Origin: Kineococcus radiotolerans SRS30216 = ATCC BAA-149
GTDB taxonomy: Bacteria > Actinomycetota > Actinomycetes > Actinomycetales > Kineococcaceae
Direction of reading: 5' to 3'
DNA length: 32,000 bases
Assembly (NCBI RefSeq): GCF_000017305.1
Contig: NC_009664.2
Location: 1,530,001-1,562,000 of the forward strand
Program-made: the position numbers and the translations under genes
Shown: piece by piece, positions 19,609 to 28,171 of the stretch
Numbering within the stretch: position 1 is the stretch's first letter
How the letters are laid out: each line of letters starts with the position of its first letter
The notes under the pieces: model-generated
What the model saw: the letters and a program-made list of their open reading frames with translations, nothing else
What the model was told of the DNA's origin: nothing
Databases searched by the model: none

Positions 19609-20220
19609 CTACCGTACGAGACCCCAGCGGAATCCCACAGCCACCGCCTGAGCGCGGTCGGCGGCCTCCAGCTTGCGGAACAGCCGGCGCGCGTGCGTCT
19701 TGACGGTGTCCTCGGACAGGAACAGCTCCCGGCCGATCTCGGCGTTGCTGCGCCCGCGGCTCATGCCGACGAGCACCTGCTGCTCGCGCTCGGTCAGGAC
19801 GGGCGCGCGGCCGGTGAGCACCGCTCGCGTGCGGTTGCCGCCGCGGCGGCGGCTGACGTCCTGCAGCGCCTGGAGCACCGCGGTGGCGAGCTCCTCGCGC
19901 GAGACGTCCTTGACGAGGTACCCGCGGGCGCCGGAGGCGACCGCGCGGGCCACCCCGTCGCCGTCCTCGGCCATCGTGGCCATGAGGACGTTCGCCTCGG
20001 GGTGGCGGGCGAGCAGCCGGCGCGCGGCCTCGACCCCACCGATCCCGGGCATCCGGACGTCCATGATCACGAGCGAGGGCCGCTCGACGGGCCAGCGCTG
20101 GAGCGCCTCCTCGCCCGAGGCCGCACCCACGACGCGGGTCACGCCCGGGACGGCGGCCACCATGCGTCGCATCGCTTCGCGCGCCAGCGGAAGGTCATCG
20201 CAGACCAGTACCGTTGCCAC
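19609..20220 (-). CDS. bldM: NarL/LuxR-family response regulator, BldM-like
   Basis: Receiver domain (VLVCDDLPLAREA..., MDVRMPG, YLVKD) plus a LuxR HTH ending SNAEIGRELFLSEDTVKTHARRLFRKLEAADRAQAVAVGFRWGLVR. This closely matches my recollection of Streptomyces BldM, and whiD adjacency supports it. GTG 20220 lies 6 nt after AGAGG. Confidence 0.7.
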   Translation of the reverse strand: MATVLVCDDLPLAREAMRRMVAAVPGVTRVVGAASGEEALQRWPVERPSLVIMDVRMPGIGGVEAARRLLARHPEANVLMATMAEDGDGVARAVASGARGYLVKDVSREELATAVLQALQDVSRRRGGNRTRAVLTGRAPVLTEREQQVLVGMSRGRSNAEIGRELFLSEDTVKTHARRLFRKLEAADRAQAVAVGFRWGLVR

Positions 20221-20231
20221 CACAAACCTCT

Positions 20232-20300
20232 TCCCTGTGTGGGTGGAGCGTGGCCGTCCGTGGCCTCGCTGGGTCGCACGTCGGGTGCGCCACACAGGGA
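20232..20300 (-). promoter_or_regulatory. 11-bp perfect inverted repeat (TCCCTGTGTGG ... CCACACAGGGA) in the bldM-like leader, abutting the RBS
   Basis: Arms at 20232-20242 and 20290-20300 with a 47-nt spacer. On the minus-strand RNA the 3' arm CCACACAGGGA runs directly into AGAGG-N6-GTG. Confidence 0.5.
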
Positions 20301-20363
20301 GTGTCGGCACGCGGGGCCTACCACCTGAGCGCCGCGGTGGGGCCGGAACGGGAAGACCGGCGT

Positions 20364-21434
20364 TCAGGCCGTGACCGCGGCCACGCACCGGGCGACGGCG
20401 TCGGCCAGGCCGCTCGCGGGCTCGGCCCCGGGCAGGCGGTCCCGCACGGCGGGGCTCCACCCCTCCCCCACGAGCACGAGCAGGGGCGCGGGCCGGACCC
20501 GGGCCAGGGCGGCGAGGTCCTCCACGACGCCGTCGGCGGGGGTGGTGGCGGCGTGCAGCAGCAGCGCCGGGGGCCGCGCCCGGCGGACCGCGGCGGCTAG
20601 GACCCGCACCGGCACGCCCTCGCCCACGCTGCGCGACCCCGCGCCCACCGCGGCCAGCGCGGCGGCGGCGGCCAGCAGCACCGGCCCCCGGGGCGCGCCC
20701 GCCGCGGGGTCGTGCAGCCCGGCGAGCAGGACGGCGCGCTCGCCGGTGGCGACGGGCAGGGCGGCCAGGGTGCGGGCCACGGCCGCGTGCATCGCCGCGT
20801 CGCGGGTGGCCAGGGCCGGGCTGAGCACCGCGTCCCAGGCGGGAGCGACCCCGCGGCCGCGGACCTCCTCGCTGAAGCGGTCCGCGAGGCTGCTCACCGC
20901 CCAGTCGGCGTCACCGGGGCCCGGCCCCTCCGGCAGGGGCCGGCTCTCGGCGTCCTCGGACTCGTCGGCGCCGGCGGCCCCGGCGCCCTCCGCGCCGGCG
21001 GGGTCGCCCAGGCCCACGTCCAGGCCCGCGTCCAGGCCCGCGTCCAGGCCGGGGATGAGGCCGGAGCCGGGCCCGGCGATGGCCGCCGCGTCGGTGACGG
21101 CGGCCTCGATGACGGCGGCGGGGATGGTGGAGACGCTGGCCAGCGCGAAGCCGCCGTCGGCGACGGCCGTGGTCGCGGCGAGCTGCGCGGCCTCGGCGGG
21201 GGCGACCCCCTCGAGGGTGAGGCGGCGCATGACGACGAGGCGGGCGAGGTCGGCGGAGGAGTAGCGGCGGTGGGCGCCCGCGGTGTGCTCGGAGGGTCCC
21301 AGCCCGTAGCGGCGGTCCCAGGTCCGCAGCGTGGCGGGAGCGACCCCCAGGCGGCGCGCGACCGCGGCGACGGTGAGCGTCATGCGCGGGGCCGGCGGGA
21401 CGGCGGATCCCGGGGCGGGCACGGCGGGGGACAT
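20364..21434 (-). CDS. MerR-family transcriptional regulator with large C-terminal domain
   Basis: MerR HTH LTVAAVARRLGVAPATLRTWDRRYGL...HRRY. An acidic Gly/Ala/Asp linker with GLDA repeats. A C-terminal beta-alpha-beta-like region of about 150 aa. Start is ambiguous: ATG 21383, ATG 21434 or GTG 21470. Confidence 0.75.
   Translation of the reverse strand: MSPAVPAPGSAVPPAPRMTLTVAAVARRLGVAPATLRTWDRRYGLGPSEHTAGAHRRYSSADLARLVVMRRLTLEGVAPAEAAQLAATTAVADGGFALASVSTIPAAVIEAAVTDAAAIAGPGSGLIPGLDAGLDAGLDVGLGDPAGAEGAGAAGADESEDAESRPLPEGPGPGDADWAVSSLADRFSEEVRGRGVAPAWDAVLSPALATRDAAMHAAVARTLAALPVATGERAVLLAGLHDPAAGAPRGPVLLAAAAALAAVGAGSRSVGEGVPVRVLAAAVRRARPPALLLHAATTPADGVVEDLAALARVRPAPLLVLVGEGWSPAVRDRLPGAEPASGLADAVARCVAAVTA
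21006..21050 (-). repeat. 12-bp tandem repeat (gtccaggcccgc, about 3.7 copies) encoding GLDA/GLDV tetrapeptides
   Basis: Read directly: gcccaggcccac gtccaggcccgc gtccaggcccgc gtccaggcc. It lies in frame within the MerR-like linker (GLDAGLDAGLDVGLG). Confidence 0.85.
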
Positions 21435-21479
21435 GACCCGAGTGTCCCAACCCCGCGAACGGGGCGCCACTCGCCCCCG

Positions 21480-21664
21480 GTCAGGGTTGTTCAGGGTTGT
21501 TCAGCGCGTTCGGGTGGCGGAGACGCCCGGAGTCTGCCCGTTGTTCAGCACGTTGTTCACGTTCGCGCCGCGTCCCGGTCACCGTCGATCCGGGACGGAT
21601 CTGAACAAGTTCTGACCAGGGGCTTGAACAACTTCTGACTCGGTTGTACGTTCAGGGCAGTCAG
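21480..21664. promoter_or_regulatory. array of about 12 GTTCAG/CTGAAC-type hexamers in the merR-like/whiB3 divergent intergenic region
   Basis: GTCAG 21480; GTTCAG 21489, 21499, 21543, 21650; GTTCAC 21555; GTTCG 21561. Opposite orientation: CTGAAC 21601, CTGAC 21612, TTGAAC 21624, CTGAC 21635. GTCAG again at 21660. Includes GGGTTGTTCA x2 (10-bp step), CGTTGTTCA x2 (12-bp step) and TGAACAA(G/C)TTCTGAC x2 (23-bp step). Confidence 0.6.
21624..21652 (+). promoter_or_regulatory. candidate sigma-70-type promoter of whiB3/whiD (TTGAAC-N17-TACGTT)
   Basis: The -35-like TTGAAC (21624-21629) and the TANNNT-type -10 TACGTT (21647-21652) are separated by 17 nt, about 43 nt upstream of ATG 21695. Prediction from sequence only. 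Confidence 0.4.
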
Positions 21665-21694
21665 CAAGATCCCCCCTCCCCCAAGGAGCGCACC

Positions 21695-21997
21695 ATGGCC
21701 GAGATCTCCCGCCTCCCCGGACCCGTCGCCGACGTCTGGGAGTGGCAGCTCGACGGCGCCTGCCGCGAGGCCGACCCGAACCTCTTCTTCCACCCCGAGG
21801 GCGAGCGCGGCCCGGCCCGCCGCAACCGCGACGCCGCGGCGCAGGCCGTGTGCGCCGGCTGCCCCGTCCTCGAGATGTGCCGCAAGCACGCCCTCAAGGT
21901 CCGCGAGCCCTACGGCGTGTGGGGCGGCCTGACCGAGGACGACCGCGAGGCCGTGTACGCCACCGAGCGCCGCCGCGGGCTGCGCATCGCCAGCTGA
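21695..21997 (+). CDS. whiB3: WhiB-family Fe-S transcription factor, WhiB3/WhiD type
   Basis: Four Cys (C-x32-C-x2-C-x5-C: GACREAD...VCAGCPVLEMC) and the GVWGGLTEDDRE turn. N-terminus MAEISRLPGP resembles WhiD MADFSRLPGP as I recall it. AAGGAG RBS at 21683-21688. Confidence 0.9.
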   Translation: MAEISRLPGPVADVWEWQLDGACREADPNLFFHPEGERGPARRNRDAAAQAVCAGCPVLEMCRKHALKVREPYGVWGGLTEDDREAVYATERRRGLRIAS

Positions 21998-22043
21998 CCC
22001 CCCGCTCCACCCGTGCGCGGTGTGGTGCGGCGCGCGGACGCGA

Positions 22044-22078
22044 AAGGGCCCGGCCCCCCTCGGGGGAGCCGGGCCCTT
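22044..22078. terminator. bidirectional GC-rich hairpin between convergent whiB3 and groEL
   Basis: aagggcccggccccc / gggggAgccgggccctt: a stem of about 15 bp with one bulge and a 4-nt loop. Flanked by TTC on the plus side and TTT on the minus side. Confidence 0.6.
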
Positions 22079-22097
22079 CGCCGTTCAGGGGAGGGGG

Positions 22098-23744
<1,647 letters not shown>

Positions 23745-23774
23745 TCAGTGGCGAGCTTCGGGGCGAGAACAGGA

Positions 23775-23813
23775 GACGCCCCGGGCACCCGGAGTGCGGG
23801 CGCCCGGGGCGTC
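23775..23813 (-). other. 12-bp perfect stem-loop in the groES-groEL intergenic region
   Basis: gacgccccgggc (23775-23786) pairs with gcccggggcgtc (23802-23813). The 15-nt loop has further internal pairing potential. Confidence 0.55.
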
Positions 23814-23828
23814 AGGACCTGAGGTCGC

Positions 23829-24125
23829 TTACTTGGCGACCTTGGCGAGCACGTCGCGCGCCGAGAGGATCAGCAGCTCGTCGCCGCCGTACTTGACCTC
23901 GGTGCCGCCGTACTTGGAGTAGATGACCTTGTCGCCGACGGCGACGTCGACCGGCACGCGGTTGCCGTTGTCGTCCACGCGGCCCGGGCCCACGGCCAGG
24001 ACTTCGCCCTCCTGGGGCTTCTCCTTGGCGGTGTCCGGGATGACGAGACCGGAAGCCGTCGTCTGCTCCGCGTCGAGCGGCTTGACGACGATGCGGTCCT
24101 CGAGCGGAGTGATGGAGACCGACAC
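23829..24125 (-). CDS. groES: co-chaperonin GroES
   Basis: 98 aa: PLEDRIVVK, the mobile loop [19 protein letters not shown], and [16 protein letters not shown] start preceded by GGGGAGGG. Confidence 0.95.
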   Translation of the reverse strand: MSVSITPLEDRIVVKPLDAEQTTASGLVIPDTAKEKPQEGEVLAVGPGRVDDNGNRVPVDVAVGDKVIYSKYGGTEVKYGGDELLILSARDVLAKVAK

Positions 24126-24223
24126 TGGTGCGGCCCTCCCCTTCTGCTTCAGCGAACTGGCACGGACGGTCGGTCAGGGAGCGGACGACCGTCGTCGCGG
24201 GTGCCGGGCGGCCGCTGCCCCGG

Positions 24224-24250
24224 TTGGCACTCCCCAGGGGGGAGTGCCAC
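24224..24250 (-). promoter_or_regulatory. CIRCE (HrcA operator) copy 1
   Basis: TTGGCACTC-N9-GAGTGCCAC against the consensus TTAGCACTC-N9-GAGTGCTAA. About 100 nt upstream of the groES start. Confidence 0.85.
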
Positions 24251-24267
24251 CGACGCTGCGCGGAACG

Positions 24268-24294
24268 CTAGCACTCAGGCCGGGCGAGTGCCAG
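24268..24294 (-). promoter_or_regulatory. CIRCE (HrcA operator) copy 2
   Basis: CTAGCACTC-N9-GAGTGCCAG. On the minus strand a TANNNT-type TAGCGT overlaps its proximal arm, which may be the groES -10. It lies 32 nt from the divergent plus-strand GTG 24326. Confidence 0.85.
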
Positions 24295-24325
24295 ATCCGG
24301 TGCCCCTCCTGGCAGAGTCGGGCGG

Positions 24326-25540
24326 GTGAACAGCGCCACGACCCCGACCATGACCCCGGACGACGTCGACGCCCTGACCTCCCCCGCGGGGCGCGCGCTG
24401 CTCGCCGAGCTCGCCGGCACCGAGGCCGAGGACCCCGTGGCGCTGGCCGCCCGGCTGCGCCGCGCCGGCCACGACCCCGCCCTCGCCGCGCTGGCCACCA
24501 CCCAGTCGCGGCTGCGGGCGAGGGCCGCCTCGAAGTTCGGGCCCCGGGCGCAGGACCTGCTGCTCACCGCCGCGGGGGCCGAGCAGGCCACCCGGGCCGT
24601 CGTCGCCGCCGAGCACGCCCGCCGGTTCGCCGCCGCCGGGGTGCGCCGCGTGGCCGACCTCGGGTGCGGGGTGGGGGCGGACTCGCTGGCGTTCCTGGAC
24701 GCCGGGCTCGACGTCCTGGCCGTCGATGCGGACCCGGTGACGGCGGCGGTCGCCGCGCACAACCTGGGCCGGCCGGTGCGGTGCGCCGACGTCACCGCCG
24801 GGGTCGTCGACGAGCTGGGCCCGGGCGACGGCGCCTGGTTCGACCCGGCCCGGCGCACCTCGGGGGGCCGGCGCCTCTTCGACCCCGAGGCGACCTCCCC
24901 CCCGCTGTCCTTCGTCCTCGCCACCGCCGCCCGCGTCCCTGCGACGGGCGCGAAGCTCGCCCCCGGGCTGCCGCACGACCTCGTGCCCGCCGGGGCGGAG
25001 GCGCAGTGGACGTCGGTGGACGGCGAGGTCGTCGAGTGCGCGCTGTGGTCCGGTCCGCTGGCGCGGCCGGGGACCGGGCGCAGCGCGCGCGTGGTGCGCG
25101 GGGGGCCCTCCGGGGCGGCGGTGGTGGAGGTCGACGACACCGACCTGCCGGTGGCCGACGTCGGGCCCGTCGGGGAGTTCCTGCACGAACCCGACGGCGC
25201 GGTGATCCGCGCCGGCCTCGTCGCCCGGGTGGCCGCCGACCTGGGGGGACGCCTGGTCGACGAGACCATCGCCTACGTGACGACCGACACCGGCCTCACC
25301 TCCCCCCTCACCCGGGCGTTCCGCGTCCTGGAGGTCCTGCCGTTCGGGCTGAAACCCCTGCGGGCGCGGTTGCGCGCGCTGGACGTGGGGACGCTGACGG
25401 TCAAGAAGCGGGGCACCGCGGTGGACCCCGACCAGCTGCGCCGGCAGCTGGCGCTCAAGGGGTCGCGCCCGGCGACGATCGTCCTGACCCGCGTCGCCGG
25501 GCGGCAGAGCGTCCTGGTGGTGGAACCGGTCAGCCCGTGA
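24326..25540 (+). CDS. class I SAM-dependent methyltransferase-like protein
   Basis: SAM-binding motif I VADLGCGVGADSLAF followed by the acidic loop VLAVDADP. High GC3. A C-terminal domain of about 100 aa. Start is GTG 24326 or ATG 24350. Confidence 0.7.
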   Translation: MNSATTPTMTPDDVDALTSPAGRALLAELAGTEAEDPVALAARLRRAGHDPALAALATTQSRLRARAASKFGPRAQDLLLTAAGAEQATRAVVAAEHARRFAAAGVRRVADLGCGVGADSLAFLDAGLDVLAVDADPVTAAVAAHNLGRPVRCADVTAGVVDELGPGDGAWFDPARRTSGGRRLFDPEATSPPLSFVLATAARVPATGAKLAPGLPHDLVPAGAEAQWTSVDGEVVECALWSGPLARPGTGRSARVVRGGPSGAAVVEVDDTDLPVADVGPVGEFLHEPDGAVIRAGLVARVAADLGGRLVDETIAYVTTDTGLTSPLTRAFRVLEVLPFGLKPLRARLRALDVGTLTVKKRGTAVDPDQLRRQLALKGSRPATIVLTRVAGRQSVLVVEPVSP

Positions 25541-25970
25541 CCCCGGCCCGGAGGTCGGCCCGCAGGATCAGCGCGTCCACGTCGTCGGGCTGGTAGTAGC
25601 GGGCCCGGCGCGCGATCTGGACGAACCCCTCGCTGCGGTAGAGGTTCTGCGCGGGCTCGTTGTCCGCGCGCACCTCCAGCAGCAGGTGGGTGGCCCCGGC
25701 CTCGACGACCGCGGCGCGCAGGGCCCGCAGCAGCGCCCGCCCCGTCCCCCGGCCCTGCTGGTCGCGGGCCACCCCGACGGTCTGGACGTCCGCGTCGGCG
25801 CCGGCGACCACCACCCCGCCGTAGCCGACGACGCGCTCCCCCTCGAGGGCGACGAGGAAGCGCCGGTCGGGGCGGGCCAGCTCCCCCCAGAACGACTCCA
25901 CCGACCAGGCGGAGCGGCCGAAGAGGTCGCGTTCGAGGGCGTGCACGTCGGCGAGGTGCCACCAGCGCAT
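25530..25970 (-). CDS. rimI: ribosomal-protein-alanine N-acetyltransferase (GNAT)
   Basis: GNAT acetyl-CoA motif QQGRGTGRALL and NEPAQNLYRSEGF. Synteny with tsaB and tsaE. ATG 25970 (alternative GTG 25985). The 3' end overlaps the convergent methyltransferase gene by 11 nt. Confidence 0.85.
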   Translation of the reverse strand: MRWWHLADVHALERDLFGRSAWSVESFWGELARPDRRFLVALEGERVVGYGGVVVAGADADVQTVGVARDQQGRGTGRALLRALRAAVVEAGATHLLLEVRADNEPAQNLYRSEGFVQIARRARYYQPDDVDALILRADLRAGVTG

Positions 25971-25999
25971 CCGGTGCAGTTCCACCGCGCCAGGGTAGG

Positions 26000-26033
26000 C
26001 GGCCGTCCTGACGTCAGGACGTCAGGACGGCCG
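26000..26033 (-). terminator. 14-bp perfect hairpin just downstream of the MFS stop
   Basis: cggccgtcctgacg (26000-26013) pairs with cgtcaggacggccg (26020-26033), with loop tcagga. It contains a gtcaggac direct duplication. No U-tract. Confidence 0.45.
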
Positions 26034-26037
26034 GAGG

Positions 26038-27405
26038 TCAGGCCGGCCGGTCGGCGCGCTCCTCGCGCACGTCCACCAGCAACCGGTCCGAGCTGGTGCG
26101 GAACCGCTTGGTGCCCAGCATCATCGCCGCGGCCAGGAACGGCAGGACGCCCAGCGCGGCGATGCCCAGCGCGTCGGAGCCGGTGGCGTTCGCGATCGCC
26201 TCCCGCAGGTTCGGGGCGACGAAACCCCCGAGGTTGCCCAGGGAGTTGATGAGCCCGATGCCGGCCGCGGCGGCGGTGCCGGTGAGGAACGCCGTCGGGA
26301 ACGACCAGGTGATGGGCCCGATGCTGAGGAACGACGAGACCGCGACCGTGATGAAGACGATGCCCAGCAGCGCGTACCCGTTGGCCCCCGCCCACGCCGA
26401 GGCGAAGACGAAGATCCCCGTGCTGACGAACAGCAGCGCACCCCAGACCCGGCGACGGGTCACCGTCACGGCGTGCTTGCCGGTGAAGTAGCAGGCGAAG
26501 ATGCCGACCGTCCACGGGATCGCCGCGATGAGCCCGACCTCCCAGCCCACGTCGCGCCCCACGAGCCCGGCCACCTGCTTGGGCAGGTTGAACGTCACGC
26601 CGTAGACCGCGATCTGCAGGCAGAAGTAGATGACCGTGAAGTACCAGACCCGGCCGTTGCGCATGGCCGCCCACACCCCGCTGGGCCCGTCGCTGCGTCG
26701 CAGGTCGTCCTCGGCGGCCATCGCCTCGCGCAGCGCCGTCTTCTGCGCCACGGACAGGAACGACGCCTTCTCCGGGGAGTCCACCAGCAGGAAGATCGCG
26801 ACGACGCCGGCGGCCACGGCCAGCAGGCCCTCCACGGCGAACATCAGCTGCCACCCCGTGATCCCGCCCTCCGCGGCGTCCCCCAGCTCGATGAGGAGCC
26901 CCGAGAGCGGGGAACCGATGATCTGGGAGAACGGCTGGGCCAGGTAGAAGATGGCGAACAGCCGCACGCGGTCGCGGTTCGGGAACCACTCCGAGAGGTA
27001 CATGATGATGCCGGGGAACAGACCGGCCTCGGTGACCCCGAGCAGGAAGCGCAGGACGACGAACGACGTCTCGCCCTGCACGAAGGCGAAGGACGCCGAC
27101 ACCAGGCCCCAGGTGATGGCGATGCGCGCCAGCCACATCTTCGCCCCGAACCGCTGCAGGGCGAGGTTGCTGGGGATCTCGAAGAGGGCGTAGCCGATGA
27201 AGAACACCCCGGCCCCGAACGCGTACGCCGCTCCGGAGATCCCCCGGTCCAGCTCGAGGGCGTCCTCGGCGAACCCCACGTTGGTGCGGTCCAGGAACGC
27301 GACCACGTAGAGGATCACGATCATGGGCATCAGCCGTCTGGTCGCCCGGCTGACGGCCGAGGCGAGCACCGTTCCGGACGGTGCGGCCGGCGTCGTCGCT
27401 GGCAT
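26038..27405 (-). CDS. MFS transporter (anion:cation symporter-like subfamily)
   Basis: 12 TM segments. LDRTNVGFA near TM1 and GIIMYLSEWFP are typical of ACS-type MFS. ATG 27405 is preceded by GAGGAGG at 5-nt spacing. Confidence 0.85.
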   Translation of the reverse strand: MPATTPAAPSGTVLASAVSRATRRLMPMIVILYVVAFLDRTNVGFAEDALELDRGISGAAYAFGAGVFFIGYALFEIPSNLALQRFGAKMWLARIAITWGLVSASFAFVQGETSFVVLRFLLGVTEAGLFPGIIMYLSEWFPNRDRVRLFAIFYLAQPFSQIIGSPLSGLLIELGDAAEGGITGWQLMFAVEGLLAVAAGVVAIFLLVDSPEKASFLSVAQKTALREAMAAEDDLRRSDGPSGVWAAMRNGRVWYFTVIYFCLQIAVYGVTFNLPKQVAGLVGRDVGWEVGLIAAIPWTVGIFACYFTGKHAVTVTRRRVWGALLFVSTGIFVFASAWAGANGYALLGIVFITVAVSSFLSIGPITWSFPTAFLTGTAAAAGIGLINSLGNLGGFVAPNLREAIANATGSDALGIAALGVLPFLAAAMMLGTKRFRTSSDRLLVDVREERADRPA

Positions 27406-27468
27406 GGGGACCTCCTCGTCGAGACTTCCCGCTGTAACGATCGACAGGCTACGCCGCGTGGTGCCCCG

Positions 27469-28146
27469 TCACGCCGTGACGCGCTTGCGCGTTCCCGGTT
27501 CCACCGCGTCGGGGCGGCGCAGGTACAGCGGCTCGGGCGCCAGGAGCTCCCAGCCGCCCCGCCCGGCCAGGGCGTCCACGACCAGCCGCGCGAGCGCGCC
27601 GCCGTCGACGTCGAAGGGGGCGCGGGCCGGCCCGAGGGCGCCGGGGTGCAGGCGGGTTCCCGTCCCCACCACGGGCACGTCGGGGACGACGTCGGCGGGG
27701 GCGACGACGTCGGGGCCGGCGGTGCGGGTGACCCGGGTGTCCCCGGCCTCCCCGGTCGCGACGTAGCGGGCGGTGTGGACCTCGCGGCGGCGGGCGTCGG
27801 TGGCGACGAGGAACTCCCCGCGCAGGCCCTCCGCCACGGCCTGCGCCGCGATCGCGTCGAGGGAGCAGACCCCGTGGACCCGCGCGCCCCAGGCCAGCGC
27901 CAGCGTCCGCGCCGTCGCCAGCCCGACCCGCAGCCCGGTGTAGGGACCGGGCCCGACCCCCACCGCGACGTCGGTGACCTCGGTGCGGGCCCGCCCCGCC
28001 TCCTCCAGCACCGCCGCGACGGTGGGGACGAGGACCTCGTTGTGGTGCCGGGCGTCGCCCGCCCGGGCCGACGCCAGGACGCGGTCCCCGTCGTGGACGG
28101 CGACGGCCACCCCGTCGGTGGCGGTGTCGATCGCGAGCAGCAGCAC
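27469..28146 (-). CDS. tsaB: tRNA t6A37 biosynthesis protein TsaB
   Basis: LLLAIDTAT N-terminus and GVGPGPYTGLRVG motif. About 225 aa, GTG start, in synteny with tsaE and rimI. Confidence 0.85.
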   Translation of the reverse strand: MLLLAIDTATDGVAVAVHDGDRVLASARAGDARHHNEVLVPTVAAVLEEAGRARTEVTDVAVGVGPGPYTGLRVGLATARTLALAWGARVHGVCSLDAIAAQAVAEGLRGEFLVATDARRREVHTARYVATGEAGDTRVTRTAGPDVVAPADVVPDVPVVGTGTRLHPGALGPARAPFDVDGGALARLVVDALAGRGGWELLAPEPLYLRRPDAVEPGTRKRVTA

Positions 28147-28171
28147 GGGGGAAGGGTAGTTCAGGCCCGGA

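Noticed and set aside
21602-21613. GAAC-AA-GTTC inverted repeat, considered as a LexA SOS (Cheo-type) box
   Set aside because: The Gram-positive and mycobacterial SOS box has a 4-nt spacer (GAAC-N4-GTTC), whereas here the spacer is 2 nt. The second copy is imperfect (GAACAACTTC). The element is better explained as part of the hexamer array.
21644-21694. TTG-initiated 17-codon N-terminal extension of whiB3 (ORF-track start 21644)
   Set aside because: A strong AAGGAG RBS sits 6 nt before ATG 21695. The N-terminus MAEISRLPGP aligns with the WhiD-type N-terminus. The extension would also start inside the predicted promoter.
24268-25269. Minus-strand ORFs (333 aa and 303 aa) in the slot where tsaD would be expected
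   Set aside because: The translations are Arg/Pro/Ser/Ala-rich with none of the Kae1/TsaD features. The plus-strand frame has a SAM-binding motif and coding-like codon usage.
26038-27405. The MFS gene between tsaB and rimI, considered as a recent horizontally acquired island or mobile element
   Set aside because: There are no flanking direct repeats, integrase, transposase or tRNA. Base composition and codon bias look like the neighbours. Only the gene-order difference remains, and that is reported as a synteny finding.
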